Positions 30,610 to 40,637 are shown, numbered from the stretch's first letter. The stretch is 64,000 bases of DNA from Polyangiales bacterium (GCA_038230375.1 JBBRNJ010000026.1:36683-100682); one strand, 5' to 3'. Notes: generated by a model not told the origin, from the letters alone. Translations and numbers: made by a program.

Positions 30610-31584
30610 CTAGAACGAACCCGAGAGCCACATGCCGTTGGGCGAGGCGTCCACGTGGAGTGCGCTCACGCCACCAGATTGCACCGTCTTCGTGCTCTGC
30701 GTGGTGCCAGCGCTGCCAGTGGTGGCGGACTTGTTGCCGGTGTTCGCGAGCACGGTGGTGACGACCGCCAGGCCGAGGCCCGCGATTCCCACGCCCATGC
30801 CAACGTTCGCGACGAGGATCTTCGTGTTGATGCCGTCCTTGTCCGAAGAGGGGCAGCTGGGTGCGCAGCCGCGCGATCGCAGATCGCTCTCGTCGCTCTT
30901 CGCCATCACCGCGAAGACCGTGGTGGTGACGCCGCCGGCCACGAAGACGCCAAGGCCTACCCAGCCGAGCAGCGGCACATGAAAGCCGTCGCTGGCGGCC
31001 GTGGTCCCGGGGGTCGTCAGTGGCTTCGGCGGCGGGACGGGGACCGGTGGCGCCGTGAAGTGGACCTCGATCATGCGGTTCTTCTCGCCGGGGCGGAGCA
31101 GGAACTTTTCGTCGGTCGTCTTGCCATCCGCTCGTCGCACATGCACGACGTGCTCACCAGGGTCCAGCGGCGCGGCCTTCGCGGAGATCGGCTGCTCCGT
31201 CGCCGTGTCGATACCTACCTTGGCGTCGATGATCTCCTTTCCCTGCTCGTCGAGGACGCGGAATGTGATCGACGGCATGTCGCGGTCTGCGTCGTCACGC
31301 CACCCGGCGCAGGACTTCGCGATGATCGCCGGGCACGTCTTGGTCGCGCACACCACGAACTTGTCGCGCGCGGCGCTGAGCTTGCCGTCGTCGCGTAGCT
31401 TCTGGCCATCGTCCGCGGCGGCGATGCACTCGTCGCGCGAAGGCCCTGCCGCATGCGCGCTGGACGTGGATAGCAGGGCGGCGGAGGCAGCGGAGACGCC
31501 GGAAACGAGAGCGAAGAGAGTGTGCCGCGAGCGCCAGGGCGAGCTTTGGCGTCGCTCAGATCTGAACATGGTCATTTGAAACAT
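30610..31584 (-). CDS. Myxobacterial kinase-associated exported protein (TPR-like plus PEGA-like plus C-terminal TM region)
   Basis: Overlaps the kinase stop. 'ECIAAADDGQKLRDDGKLSAARDKFVVC', 'LDPGEHVVHV'. Confidence 0.7.
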   Translation of the reverse strand: MFQMTMFRSERRQSSPWRSRHTLFALVSGVSAASAALLSTSSAHAAGPSRDECIAAADDGQKLRDDGKLSAARDKFVVCATKTCPAIIAKSCAGWRDDADRDMPSITFRVLDEQGKEIIDAKVGIDTATEQPISAKAAPLDPGEHVVHVRRADGKTTDEKFLLRPGEKNRMIEVHFTAPPVPVPPPKPLTTPGTTAASDGFHVPLLGWVGLGVFVAGGVTTTVFAVMAKSDESDLRSRGCAPSCPSSDKDGINTKILVANVGMGVGIAGLGLAVVTTVLANTGNKSATTGSAGTTQSTKTVQSGGVSALHVDASPNGMWLSGSF

Positions 31585-33119
31585 TCGGGGATGAAGTGCT
31601 TACGTCCGCTCTTGTCGATCGTGTACGGCGGCTCGCAATTCACCGGGGGACGCACGTAGATCTGCTTCGGCGGTTGTACGACGGACGCGGTGCTCGCACC
31701 GGGAGCCGGAGTGACCGGGGGGCGCGCGGCAACGACAGATGCAGAGGGAGCGGCGGCGCTCGATGGCGCTTCGGCCGTGGAGCTCTCGGCGGCGGGGCCG
31801 ACATGCAGGACCGGCACTGCGGCGCGATCACTGGCGACAGGCGCAACGGTGTCCTTGCGCTTGGTGAACACCAGCGCGCCGATGACGATCAGCGCCCCGA
31901 GGAACGCGACCCCGAGCCCGCCGGCGAGCACCATCCCGACGTTGACCTTGGTCTCGGCAGGCCGAAGAAAATGGGACGCCGATGCATCGGGTGACGTCCC
32001 GGACGGCAGCATGTTCCGCGCGGAAGATGGACCGTCGTCGGTGGCGGCCATCGTAGCCATCGCGGCGCTCGAGGGCGCAGACGCCTGGGAGCCGCTGGCC
32101 GGCGGTGTCGGCAGGGCGATCGGCGGCTTGGAGCGCGTGCTCGAGCGCTCGATCTCCGCCACCACACGCGCCCGCTCCTCGAGCACGTCGCCGGCGAGCT
32201 CGTGCACCCACGCAGCGACCTGCGTGTACGTCGCCTGGGGCTCCACGTCGAGCAGTGCCTCCGCCATCTCGGCCGCGGTCGCAAAGCGATCCTCCGGGTT
32301 GAGCCGCGTGGCGCGTCGCACGACGTCGTCGAAGCGCGCGAGGCCCGGGTCGACCTCGCTCGGCACGCGGATCTCGCCGCGGATGATCTTCGAGAGCGCA
32401 GCGCCCTCGTTTTCACCCGCGAACATCCGCACGTTTGTCAGCGCCTCGAAGAGCATCACGCCCGCCGAATAGATATCCGCTGTCCGGGTGAGGTTGTCCG
32501 CCGCCAGCTGCTCCGGCGACATGTAGAGGATCTTGCCCTTGATCTTCCCATCCTGCGTCGTGGACACGCGGCCTTCTGCCTTCGCGATACCGAAGTCCAG
32601 CACGCGCGCGACACCGTCGATGCCGACGAGCACGTTCTGCGGCGACACGTCGCGATGGATGAGGCCGAGCGGCTGGCCCTTCTCGTTCGTGGCCTCATGC
32701 GCGGCATGCAGCCCCTGCAACGCGCCCTGTACGACCGACACGACGATGCGGGGAGGCGGGCGCGCGTCGGTCTGCTGCGCGCGACGACACAGCCTGGAGA
32801 GCGACTCACCGCGGACGTAGTCCATGACGAGCAGCAGCTCATGCCCGGCGACCACCACGTCCAGCGTCGAGACCACGTTCGGGTGCTGGATGCGCGCCGC
32901 CACCCGTGCCTCGTCGAGCAGCATTCCGGTGAACTCGGCGTCGTGCGCATATTGCGCATGAAGACGCTTCACGGCCACCGTGCGCAGGAAACCATGCGGT
33001 CCCACCAGGCGCCCAAGATGGACCGTGGCCATTCCGCCCGCCGCTATCGCATCGTAGATGGCGTAGCGGTCTATGAGCAGCGGCGAGTCCGCGCTGGGAG
33101 TGACAGCAGCTGCCGTCAT
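31572..33119 (-). CDS. Membrane Ser/Thr protein kinase (Hanks type)
   Basis: 'GGMATVH', 'VAVKR', 'HRDVSPQN', 'DFGIAK', 'YMSPEQ', TM helix, C-terminal 'CEPPYTIDKSGRKHFIPEC'. Confidence 0.95.
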   Translation of the reverse strand: MTAAAVTPSADSPLLIDRYAIYDAIAAGGMATVHLGRLVGPHGFLRTVAVKRLHAQYAHDAEFTGMLLDEARVAARIQHPNVVSTLDVVVAGHELLLVMDYVRGESLSRLCRRAQQTDARPPPRIVVSVVQGALQGLHAAHEATNEKGQPLGLIHRDVSPQNVLVGIDGVARVLDFGIAKAEGRVSTTQDGKIKGKILYMSPEQLAADNLTRTADIYSAGVMLFEALTNVRMFAGENEGAALSKIIRGEIRVPSEVDPGLARFDDVVRRATRLNPEDRFATAAEMAEALLDVEPQATYTQVAAWVHELAGDVLEERARVVAEIERSSTRSKPPIALPTPPASGSQASAPSSAAMATMAATDDGPSSARNMLPSGTSPDASASHFLRPAETKVNVGMVLAGGLGVAFLGALIVIGALVFTKRKDTVAPVASDRAAVPVLHVGPAAESSTAEAPSSAAAPSASVVAARPPVTPAPGASTASVVQPPKQIYVRPPVNCEPPYTIDKSGRKHFIPECFK

Positions 33120-33318
33120 GGACCTATCAGTCTACAGAGTGGATCACCTGTGGACCACAACTCCTTCATGAGCACTCTCGAAAGCGTTCGTGATTACCGA
33201 CCGACGCACGTGTGGGGAGGCGTGTGTGGTCGCCGCGATCCCGCTTCTGATGCGCACACACACGGACGTCCACGCGGAATGTTCGTGCTCGTTCCGACGC
33301 TTCATTTACCATCGAAGG

Positions 33319-35694
33319 ATGCGCGTGCGTTCCGCGATGCTTGTGTCGGCGGTCTCGCTTCTTGCGGTGGCTTGCTCGTTCGGAGTCAATCTGGACAACC
33401 TGTTCGACGGAACACCGCAGGGCGGGTCCGACGGGGCTACCGATGGGCAGAACCAGCCACTCGACGCGATCGCACCACCACCCGACGCAACCATCCCAAA
33501 GTCGAAGGTGTTGGAGATCGGCGCAGGCGACGACTTTGCATGCGGGCGCCGGATCGACGGCACCGTCATGTGCTGGGGCTTCAACGATTCGTACGGTCAG
33601 CTCGGCAGCGGTGCGCCCCTCTCGTCCAGCGCGCCCGTTCTCGTCAAGGATCTGAACGACGCGACCAGTCTCGCGGTCGGGCGCGTGCATGTGTGCGTCG
33701 TGCACAAGGCAGGCACGGTCTCCTGCTGGGGCCGCAACAACGAGCGCGAGCTGGGTGATGGCACCACGAATGGCTCACCGGTTCCCGTGACCGTGGTGCA
33801 GCTCACGGACGCGGTCGCCGTTGCCGTTGGAACAACGTACTCGTGTGCGCTCCGCAAGGACGGCTCCGTGTCGTGCTGGGGCGATGACACCGCGGGCCAG
33901 CTCGGCGATGGCATGCAGACGAGCCGCTCGCAACCCGCCGCCGTCACAGGGGTCACGGGCGCGACGCAGCTCGTCGCTTCGCAGGGCACGGCATGCGCGC
34001 TCGTGAAGTCCGGTGACGTGTATTGCTGGGGCGCGAACGACAGGGGACAAGCGGGCAGCGCGAGCCCGCCGCAGGTCCTGACCGCCACGAAGGTGGCTGG
34101 GCTTTCGGGCATCAAGGCGATCGGTTCCGGCGCCCTGGGCGGACACTTCTGCGCGGTGAACGGCCTGAGCGGCCTCCAGTGCTGGGGCGGCGGCGGAAGC
34201 GGTCAGCTCGGCAACTCCACCACGAGCGACAGCGCAACGCCCGTGAACGTCGTATCGATCGACGACGCGGTCGGCGTGACCGCTGGCGGTAGCTTCACGT
34301 GCGCGTGGCGAAAGAGCGGCGCGCTGAACTGCTGGGGCACGAACGGCTGGCGTGAGCTCGGTGTCGGCGACAACATGCCCCCAGGCTCGACGTCGACTCC
34401 GCTCCCGGTCGTGGGCATCGCCAACGTCGCCTCCGCTGCCGCCGGTGGCAGCTTCACCTGCGCGATCCTCAACGCCGGTGACAACGTGTCGTGCTGGGGC
34501 TCGAACTACGCGGGCTCGCTCGGTCGAGCGACGCTCATCAACTCCGCGATTCCCGTGGCGGTGAAGACAAGCGGCGCGAGCCAGGGGATCACCACCGGCG
34601 ATAATCACGCGTGTGCCGTCGGCAGCGGTGGAACGCTTTCCTGCTGGGGCCTGAACGACCTCGCCCAGCTCGGCAGCGGTTCGATTCTTGGCAGTGGGAC
34701 GCCGCTCGTGGTCACGGGGCTCGCGGGCGTCACACAAGGCGCTGCTGGCGGGAACCACACGTGCGCGCTGCTGGGCACGCAAGTGCAATGCTGGGGGCAC
34801 GGGCAGTACGGACCGCTCGGCGACGGCAATCAGCCCTACATCGCCCTGCCGCCAGTCATCTTCGGCGCGACCCCCGTGGTCACCGTGGGCGCTGGCAGCG
34901 ACTACACCTGCGCGCTGTTGTCGAATGGAACGGTCGCGTGCAGCGGCAGCGACTACTACGACAATCTTGGACGCCCCGGCGGCCAGCAGAACAGTCCCCA
35001 GCCTGTCCTTGCCGTGCCCGTGCTGGACGCGGGCGTCGTTGACGCCAGTGGGTTGGATGGTGGCGATGCGGGCCCCCCGCCGGGCCCCGCTTCGTATGGC
35101 TCCGTCACGAAGGTCGCTGTCGGCCCGCTGCACGCGTGTGCGCTCCACGGAGGGGCCGCCGGGTGCTGGGGCCGTTCACTCAGCGGCGAGTGTGGCACGC
35201 TCAACGGGACGCAGACCTACCCCAACGAGGTCGCGTTGCCAGGGAGCGTCACGGACATCGCCAGCGGCGGCGACCACACCTGCGCGGTCCTCATGGACGG
35301 CAGCGTTCGATGCTGGGGCGCGAACGGTCACGGTCAGCTGGGTGGCGCCGGCGGCGACGGCCCTTCGCTGCGCCAGCCCAACCTGGGCGCGAAGACGGCG
35401 AAGGCGGTCGCCACGGGTGACGCGCACACGTGCGTGCTCACGACCGACGGCGCGGTCTTGTGCTGGGGCTCCGGTGCGTCGGGTCAGGTCGGCAATGGAG
35501 TCCTCGCCGACACACCATCGCCCGCGCCCGTCACGGGTCTCTCGAACATCACGGCGATCAGCGCGCGCGGCGACTTTGCGTGCGCCCTGTCGATGGCGGG
35601 CGCTGTGTCCTGCTGGGGCAACAACGAGAGCGCGCAGCTCGGCAACGGGACCGTGCTCTCCACGGGGACACCTGCGCCGGTGGCTGGCTACTGA
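33319..35694 (+). CDS. RCC1/BLIP-II-repeat lipoprotein (14 repeats, probably two 7-bladed propellers)
   Basis: Lipobox 'LAVAC'. Fourteen 'C(A/V)...G.V.CWG.N..GQLG'-type repeats. Confidence 0.9.
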   Translation: MRVRSAMLVSAVSLLAVACSFGVNLDNLFDGTPQGGSDGATDGQNQPLDAIAPPPDATIPKSKVLEIGAGDDFACGRRIDGTVMCWGFNDSYGQLGSGAPLSSSAPVLVKDLNDATSLAVGRVHVCVVHKAGTVSCWGRNNERELGDGTTNGSPVPVTVVQLTDAVAVAVGTTYSCALRKDGSVSCWGDDTAGQLGDGMQTSRSQPAAVTGVTGATQLVASQGTACALVKSGDVYCWGANDRGQAGSASPPQVLTATKVAGLSGIKAIGSGALGGHFCAVNGLSGLQCWGGGGSGQLGNSTTSDSATPVNVVSIDDAVGVTAGGSFTCAWRKSGALNCWGTNGWRELGVGDNMPPGSTSTPLPVVGIANVASAAAGGSFTCAILNAGDNVSCWGSNYAGSLGRATLINSAIPVAVKTSGASQGITTGDNHACAVGSGGTLSCWGLNDLAQLGSGSILGSGTPLVVTGLAGVTQGAAGGNHTCALLGTQVQCWGHGQYGPLGDGNQPYIALPPVIFGATPVVTVGAGSDYTCALLSNGTVACSGSDYYDNLGRPGGQQNSPQPVLAVPVLDAGVVDASGLDGGDAGPPPGPASYGSVTKVAVGPLHACALHGGAAGCWGRSLSGECGTLNGTQTYPNEVALPGSVTDIASGGDHTCAVLMDGSVRCWGANGHGQLGGAGGDGPSLRQPNLGAKTAKAVATGDAHTCVLTTDGAVLCWGSGASGQVGNGVLADTPSPAPVTGLSNITAISARGDFACALSMAGAVSCWGNNESAQLGNGTVLSTGTPAPVAGY

Positions 35695-35782
35695 ACCCGC
35701 CACTGAACCCGGTACCGACCGCCCACTGAGACCGCGCATTCCATGGGTTTCTGAGTAGACTCCCGGCCGAAGGAGCCTCCAG

Positions 35783-36979
35783 ATGCGTGCAGCATACATC
35801 CTCGACGGCGTTCGCTCTCCCATCGGCAAGCACAGGGGCGCGCTGTCTTCCGTGCGTGCGGACGACCTTGCCGCGCGCATGATCACGGCCCTCCTGGGCC
35901 GAAACCCGGGTCTTGCGGACAAGATCGATCAGGTGGTCTTCGGCGCGACCAATCAGGCTGGAGAGGACAATCGCAACGTCGCGCGCATGGCCATGCTGCT
36001 CGCCGGGCTGCCGTACGAAGTGCCCGCAGTCACCGTGAACCGCCTCTGTGGCTCCGGCCTGGAGGCCGTGGCTGATGCCGTGCGCCGCGTCTGGACCGGT
36101 GACGCGGAGGTGGTGATCGCCGGCGGCGTGGAGAGCATGACGCGCGCGCCGTACGTGTTCGGCAAGAGCGATGAGGCGTTCGCGCGCAGTGCCCCCAAGG
36201 TCTTCGACACGAGCCTTGGCTGGCGCTTCGAGAACCCGAAGATGGCGGAGCGGTTCCCGCTGCAATCGATGGGTGAGACCGCAGAGAACGTCGCGGAGAA
36301 GTGGAAGCTCACACGCGACGAGCAGGATGCATTCGCGCTCGGCTCGCACGAGAAGGCGGCGCGCGCTCAGAAGGAAGGCGCGTTCGACAAGGAGCTCGTC
36401 GTGATCGAGATCCCCCAGAAGAAGGGCGAGCCCACGACCGTGAAGGAGGACGAGTCCGTCCGCGCCGACACCACGCTCGCGACGCTCGCCAAGCTCCAGC
36501 CCGTGTTCCGGAAGGGCGGCACCGTCACCGCGGGCAACAGCTCACCGCTGAACGACGGCGCCAGCGCGACGATTGTCGTCTCCGAGGATGTGGTGAAGTC
36601 GCTCGCACTCACGCCCCTCGCGCGCGTCGTGTCGTTCGCCACGGCGGGCGTGGAACCGAATTTCATGGGCGAAGGGCCGATCCCCGCGGGGAAGAAGGCG
36701 CTCTCGCGCGCGTCGTGGAAGGTGTCGGAGCTTGATCTCGTGGAGCTGAACGAGGCATTCGCCGCGCAGTCGCTCGCATGCATTCGCGGGCTCGAGCTGG
36801 ACGTCACCAAGCTGAACGTGAACGGCGGCGCGCTCGCGCTCGGCCACCCGATCGGCTCGTCGGGCTGCCGCGTCCTTGTCACGCTCGCCCATGCGATGCG
36901 CGCGCGGAAGGCTCGCCGCGGCATGGCTGCGCTCTGCATCGGCGTGGGCCAGGGCATTGCCATGACCCTCGAGGCCTGA
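35783..36979 (+). CDS. Acetyl-CoA C-acyltransferase (thiolase), PcaF/PaaJ-like
   Basis: 'NQAGEDNRNVARM', 'NRLCGSG', 'NEAFAAQ', 'GHPIGSSG', 'CIGVGQG'. Confidence 0.95.
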   Translation: MRAAYILDGVRSPIGKHRGALSSVRADDLAARMITALLGRNPGLADKIDQVVFGATNQAGEDNRNVARMAMLLAGLPYEVPAVTVNRLCGSGLEAVADAVRRVWTGDAEVVIAGGVESMTRAPYVFGKSDEAFARSAPKVFDTSLGWRFENPKMAERFPLQSMGETAENVAEKWKLTRDEQDAFALGSHEKAARAQKEGAFDKELVVIEIPQKKGEPTTVKEDESVRADTTLATLAKLQPVFRKGGTVTAGNSSPLNDGASATIVVSEDVVKSLALTPLARVVSFATAGVEPNFMGEGPIPAGKKALSRASWKVSELDLVELNEAFAAQSLACIRGLELDVTKLNVNGGALALGHPIGSSGCRVLVTLAHAMRARKARRGMAALCIGVGQGIAMTLEA

Positions 36980-36985
36980 GCGCAG

Positions 36986-37807
36986 ATGCCGTTCACCGAC
37001 GCTCCGCCGGCGGGACCCCCGTGGGACACGCCGTTCGCGGAGGTGTCGTTCGCGTTCGTCGACCTTGAGATGACGGGGCTCGACCTGGAGAAGGATCGGG
37101 TCATCGAGATCTGCGTGGAGCGCACGAAGGGCGGCCAGCGCGAGGCCTTGTTCTCCACGCTGCTCAACCCCGAGGTACCGGTCGGCGCTCAGCACGTCCA
37201 CGGCATCGACGAGGAGATGGTCAAGAGCGCGCCCCGGTTCGCAGAGGTCGCGTCGCAGCTGCAGGAGATCCTCTCGGGTGCCGTCTTCGTCGCGCACGGC
37301 GCAAAGTACGACGCGGACTTCCTCAACATGGAGCTTGCGCGCGCGGGCCACGAATATCGCGTCACGCACCTGGTCGACACCCTGAAGCTCGCACGCCGCG
37401 CGCTGGGACTGGAGAGCCACAGCTTGCATGCATTATGCAAGCATTTTGGCGTGGTCCAACAGGTGGCGCACCGCGCAGAGGCCGACGTCGCGGCGCTGCA
37501 GACCGTCTTCGCGCGCATCGTGGAGCTCCTTGCGCCCGTGTCAGCCCGGGACCTCTGGGAGGTCCGCACGGCGGAGCGGCTCGCCCGCGGGGCCATCCTT
37601 GCGGCCTGCGAAACAGCCCGCGCAGCTGGCACGGAGGTGCGTATCACCTATCGCCCCTCCAGGAGGAAGTCGGAAATCTTGCCGATGATCGTGACCGGGA
37701 TCGCCTCGGACGTGGACCCCCCTCGGGTGATGGGCTATCTGGTGACCGGACGTAGCCGACGCGAGCTTCGCGCCGACCGCATCCTCCGGGTGGAGACCCC
37801 AACGTGA
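36986..37807 (+). CDS. DEDDh 3'-5' exonuclease with C-terminal WYL-like domain
   Basis: 'VDLEMTG', 'HGAKYDADFL', 'HRAEADV'. C-terminal 'VRITYR...VMGYLVTGRSRRELRADRILRV'. Confidence 0.8.
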   Translation: MPFTDAPPAGPPWDTPFAEVSFAFVDLEMTGLDLEKDRVIEICVERTKGGQREALFSTLLNPEVPVGAQHVHGIDEEMVKSAPRFAEVASQLQEILSGAVFVAHGAKYDADFLNMELARAGHEYRVTHLVDTLKLARRALGLESHSLHALCKHFGVVQQVAHRAEADVAALQTVFARIVELLAPVSARDLWEVRTAERLARGAILAACETARAAGTEVRITYRPSRRKSEILPMIVTGIASDVDPPRVMGYLVTGRSRRELRADRILRVETPT

Positions 37808-39276
37808 GCTTGTTCCAACACACCTCCAGGGCCAGCGCAGCACTAGGCCTGTTGTTCGTCATGTGCGCGCCCGCCGCGTGTGGTCCACCGCAAGATGCCG
37901 CGGGGCCGACGCGCCCGCCGCTCGCGGAGAAGTGGCTCAGCCGTGCGAAGGAGAGCTACCGCCAGGGCGACATGGCAGACGCCACGGACGCGAGCGACTC
38001 GGCGCTGAAGGTGTCGCCGCGCGACCCCGAGGTGCGCATGATGAAGGCGCGCGTTTCGCTCTCGCGCCTGGAGTTCACGGATGCAGCGAAGCTCTCGCAG
38101 GGCATCGCCACCACAGAGGCGCACCAGCTGCGTGCGCGCGCGCTCTGGTACGCGGGCGATCTGGAAGCAGCCGCGGAGGAGATCGACGCCATCCTCGCGG
38201 ACCCGTCCGCGAAGGATCCGTGGGCAACCGACGTGGGCAAGCTCGCGCGCATGGGGCAGGGCCGTCATCCGTTCGCGATCGAGAACGCGCTCGTCGGTGC
38301 CGTGGAGATGCCGCGCGCGGGCGCCTCGCTCGTGGTTCCGTGCGAGCTCGACGGCGAGCGCATCCTTGCTGTCGTGGATACCGCCGTTCCCGAGTTCGTG
38401 ATCGATTCCACCACGCGGCGCGAGCCTGCATGGGTGAACCTGAAGTTCGACAAGCTCGAGGTGAAGGACGTGCCAGCGGTCACCCGCGACCTCTCGCCCA
38501 TCTCGCGCCAGTTCGGCGCCGCCATCAAGGCGCTCATCGGCGTGAACGCCCTCCGCCACATGCACGCCACGTTCGATCGTCACGGCGACCAGTTCGTGGT
38601 GCGTCGCGAAGATCCCCCCGCGCCGCCGGATGCCAGCCGCGTTCCGCTCTTCTACGCGAAGGGCGGTCTGATGATGCTCCGCGCCGCGGTGAGCAAGGAC
38701 GAGGGGAGCCAGACGCCGTTCTTCCTGAACACCACCGCTCCGTATTTCCTCGCGCTCGAGGACTCCACGTGGAAGCGCGCCGGCGTGGATCTCAGCGTCC
38801 TGCGCAGCGACCCTTCGCTCCCCGACAACGTGAAGGGCGGCACGCTGCCGCTGTTTCGCGTGTTCGGCTTCGACCTGCCTGACGTCCCCGGGTACCAGAA
38901 TGTGCCGCTCGCGGAGCTGAAGAGCGCGATCGACATCGACCTGGGCGGCGTCGTCGGGTCTGCGGTGCTGTCGCTGTTCCGCGTGACGTTCGGCGACGAC
39001 GGTCGCTTCATCTGGGTCGAGCCGGATCCCACGCTCGCGGAGATGCCTTCCTCCGGTCGTCGTCGCGGACCACCGCCGCCCCCCGCCACGAACGCACCGC
39101 CGTCTCTGGCTCCATCCTCCGCTCCGCCGCCCGCGGCCAATCCTGCACCGGGTCCGTCGAGCGCACCACCAGCAACCGCGCCCAGCAGCAAGGTCCCCGC
39201 CGCGCCCAGCAGCAAGGTCCCCGCTGCGCCCAAGGCGCCGACCTCGTCGCCGCCCGCGGCTCCGAAGAAGCCGTGA
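37804..39276 (+). CDS. Lipoprotein with TPR repeats and two degenerate retropepsin-like (aspartyl protease) domains
   Basis: 'PAAC-G' lipobox, TPR helices, 'AVVDTA...ALIGVNAL' and 'FFLNTTA...GVVGSAVL', Pro-rich tail. Confidence 0.65.
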   Translation: MSLFQHTSRASAALGLLFVMCAPAACGPPQDAAGPTRPPLAEKWLSRAKESYRQGDMADATDASDSALKVSPRDPEVRMMKARVSLSRLEFTDAAKLSQGIATTEAHQLRARALWYAGDLEAAAEEIDAILADPSAKDPWATDVGKLARMGQGRHPFAIENALVGAVEMPRAGASLVVPCELDGERILAVVDTAVPEFVIDSTTRREPAWVNLKFDKLEVKDVPAVTRDLSPISRQFGAAIKALIGVNALRHMHATFDRHGDQFVVRREDPPAPPDASRVPLFYAKGGLMMLRAAVSKDEGSQTPFFLNTTAPYFLALEDSTWKRAGVDLSVLRSDPSLPDNVKGGTLPLFRVFGFDLPDVPGYQNVPLAELKSAIDIDLGGVVGSAVLSLFRVTFGDDGRFIWVEPDPTLAEMPSSGRRRGPPPPPATNAPPSLAPSSAPPPAANPAPGPSSAPPATAPSSKVPAAPSSKVPAAPKAPTSSPPAAPKKP

Positions 39277-39283
39277 GTCGTCC

Positions 39284-39781
39284 ATGAGTCACAACCCCGT
39301 CGCGCGTCTTGCGGTCTATGCGGGCAGCTTCGATCCAGTCACGTTCGGGCACCTCGATCTGATCGAGCGCGCCAGCGCGCTGTTCTCGGACGTCATCGTC
39401 GCGATCGGCGTGCACCCCACGCGAAGCCCGCTGTTCTCCGCGGACGAGCGAAAGGATCTCCTGCTGTCCGCCACGCGCCATCTCTTCAACGTGAGCGTGG
39501 ACTCGTTCGACGGGCTGCTCATCGACTTCGTGAACCAGAAGCAGGCGCGCGTGATCGTACGCGGGCTGCGCGCGGCCACGGACTTCGAGTACGAGCTGCA
39601 GATCGCGCATGCCAACGCGGACATGCGCCCCGAGATCGACACCATCTTCCTGCCCACGCGAACGAAGCACGGCTTCGTCTCCGCGTCCCTCGTCCGCGAG
39701 ATCGCAAGCCACGGCGGCGACGTGAGTCGGTACGCGCCCCCCGAGGTCAGCACGGCGCTCGCACGAAAATTTACCCGATAG
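39284..39781 (+). CDS. coaD: Phosphopantetheine adenylyltransferase
   Basis: 'YAGSFDPVTFGHLDLI', 'RGLRAATDFEYE', 'VSASLVREIA'. Confidence 0.97.
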   Translation: MSHNPVARLAVYAGSFDPVTFGHLDLIERASALFSDVIVAIGVHPTRSPLFSADERKDLLLSATRHLFNVSVDSFDGLLIDFVNQKQARVIVRGLRAATDFEYELQIAHANADMRPEIDTIFLPTRTKHGFVSASLVREIASHGGDVSRYAPPEVSTALARKFTR

Positions 39782-40637
39782 TACGGCGAGCCTTCGGAGC
39801 AACGTCGTCGGTCTCGTCCTCGAGCTCCTCCTCGGTCGAGGTCGAGGTCGAGGTCGAGGTCGAGGTCGAGGTCGAGGTCGAGGTCGAGGTTGAGGTCGGT
39901 GTTGAGGTCGCGCTGTCCGCTATGCGTACCTCTGGGGGCAGGGGCCTCGCCGAGCCGAGCGGTGTTGCTCCAAGCCGATTCTCCGCACGTCGGGTGAGCG
40001 CGCGGGAGAGCCACGGCGGTACTGGCTCCTCGTTCTCTTCCGCTGGCTTCTCTGTCACGCCCGCAAGGCTCTGCGCGGCGGGGTCGAACGCCTTCGCGAC
40101 CTTCCCCAGCAATCGCGTGTGGAGTGCACGCAATCCAAGCAGCGCCGCCAACGCGGTGAGCAGCAGCGGATGTGCCGCCAGCGAAGACACGGAGAGCGCG
40201 AGCGCGACCATCAAGAACAGGTTCACGAGCACCTGCAGGCGATGGACACGCTCCACGGCGTTCTCCGCCCGCATGTCCCTCTGGAGGAGCCATCTGCCTG
40301 CACGCCACGACGGAACGAATGGGAGCGGCACCGCGCCCTTGCGCGACATGCCGCGCGCGATGAATGCAGCCATGCGATCCACCACGAGCTCCACCGGCGT
40401 GAGGAACGCGAACGCAAACGTGCCGATCGCAGCGGCGTTCACCGCGAGGGGCGCGCTGGCAGCGAGCTTCTTCGCGTTGGGAAGTGCGCCCCGATACGCG
40501 CTCATCTTGCCAGTGGGCGGCGCGAGCCGTAGACGCTCCGCCCGCTTCTCCCTCCACACGAGGAACGTGTAGAGGCAGAAGGCGAATGCGACGGCACCGA
40601 GGATGACGAACTCCAACCTCGCTCCAGGATAGGGCAC
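39771..40637 (-). CDS. Hypothetical membrane protein with Ser/Thr-repeat tail
   Basis: Several TM segments and an (ST)n tract near the C-terminus. Confidence 0.55.
   Translation of the reverse strand: MPYPGARLEFVILGAVAFAFCLYTFLVWREKRAERLRLAPPTGKMSAYRGALPNAKKLAASAPLAVNAAAIGTFAFAFLTPVELVVDRMAAFIARGMSRKGAVPLPFVPSWRAGRWLLQRDMRAENAVERVHRLQVLVNLFLMVALALSVSSLAAHPLLLTALAALLGLRALHTRLLGKVAKAFDPAAQSLAGVTEKPAEENEEPVPPWLSRALTRRAENRLGATPLGSARPLPPEVRIADSATSTPTSTSTSTSTSTSTSTSTSTSTEEELEDETDDVAPKARRTIG
39835..39910. repeat. (GTCGAG)9 hexanucleotide tandem repeat plus degenerate copies
   Basis: Nine perfect units at 39835-39888, then GTTGAG/GTCGGT variants. Confidence 0.95.

Noticed and set aside
33120..33318. 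ncRNA in the kinase/RCC1 divergent intergenic region
   Set aside because: One 8-bp complementary pair (CGTGTGTG/CACACACG) is not enough evidence, and the length fits two ordinary promoters.
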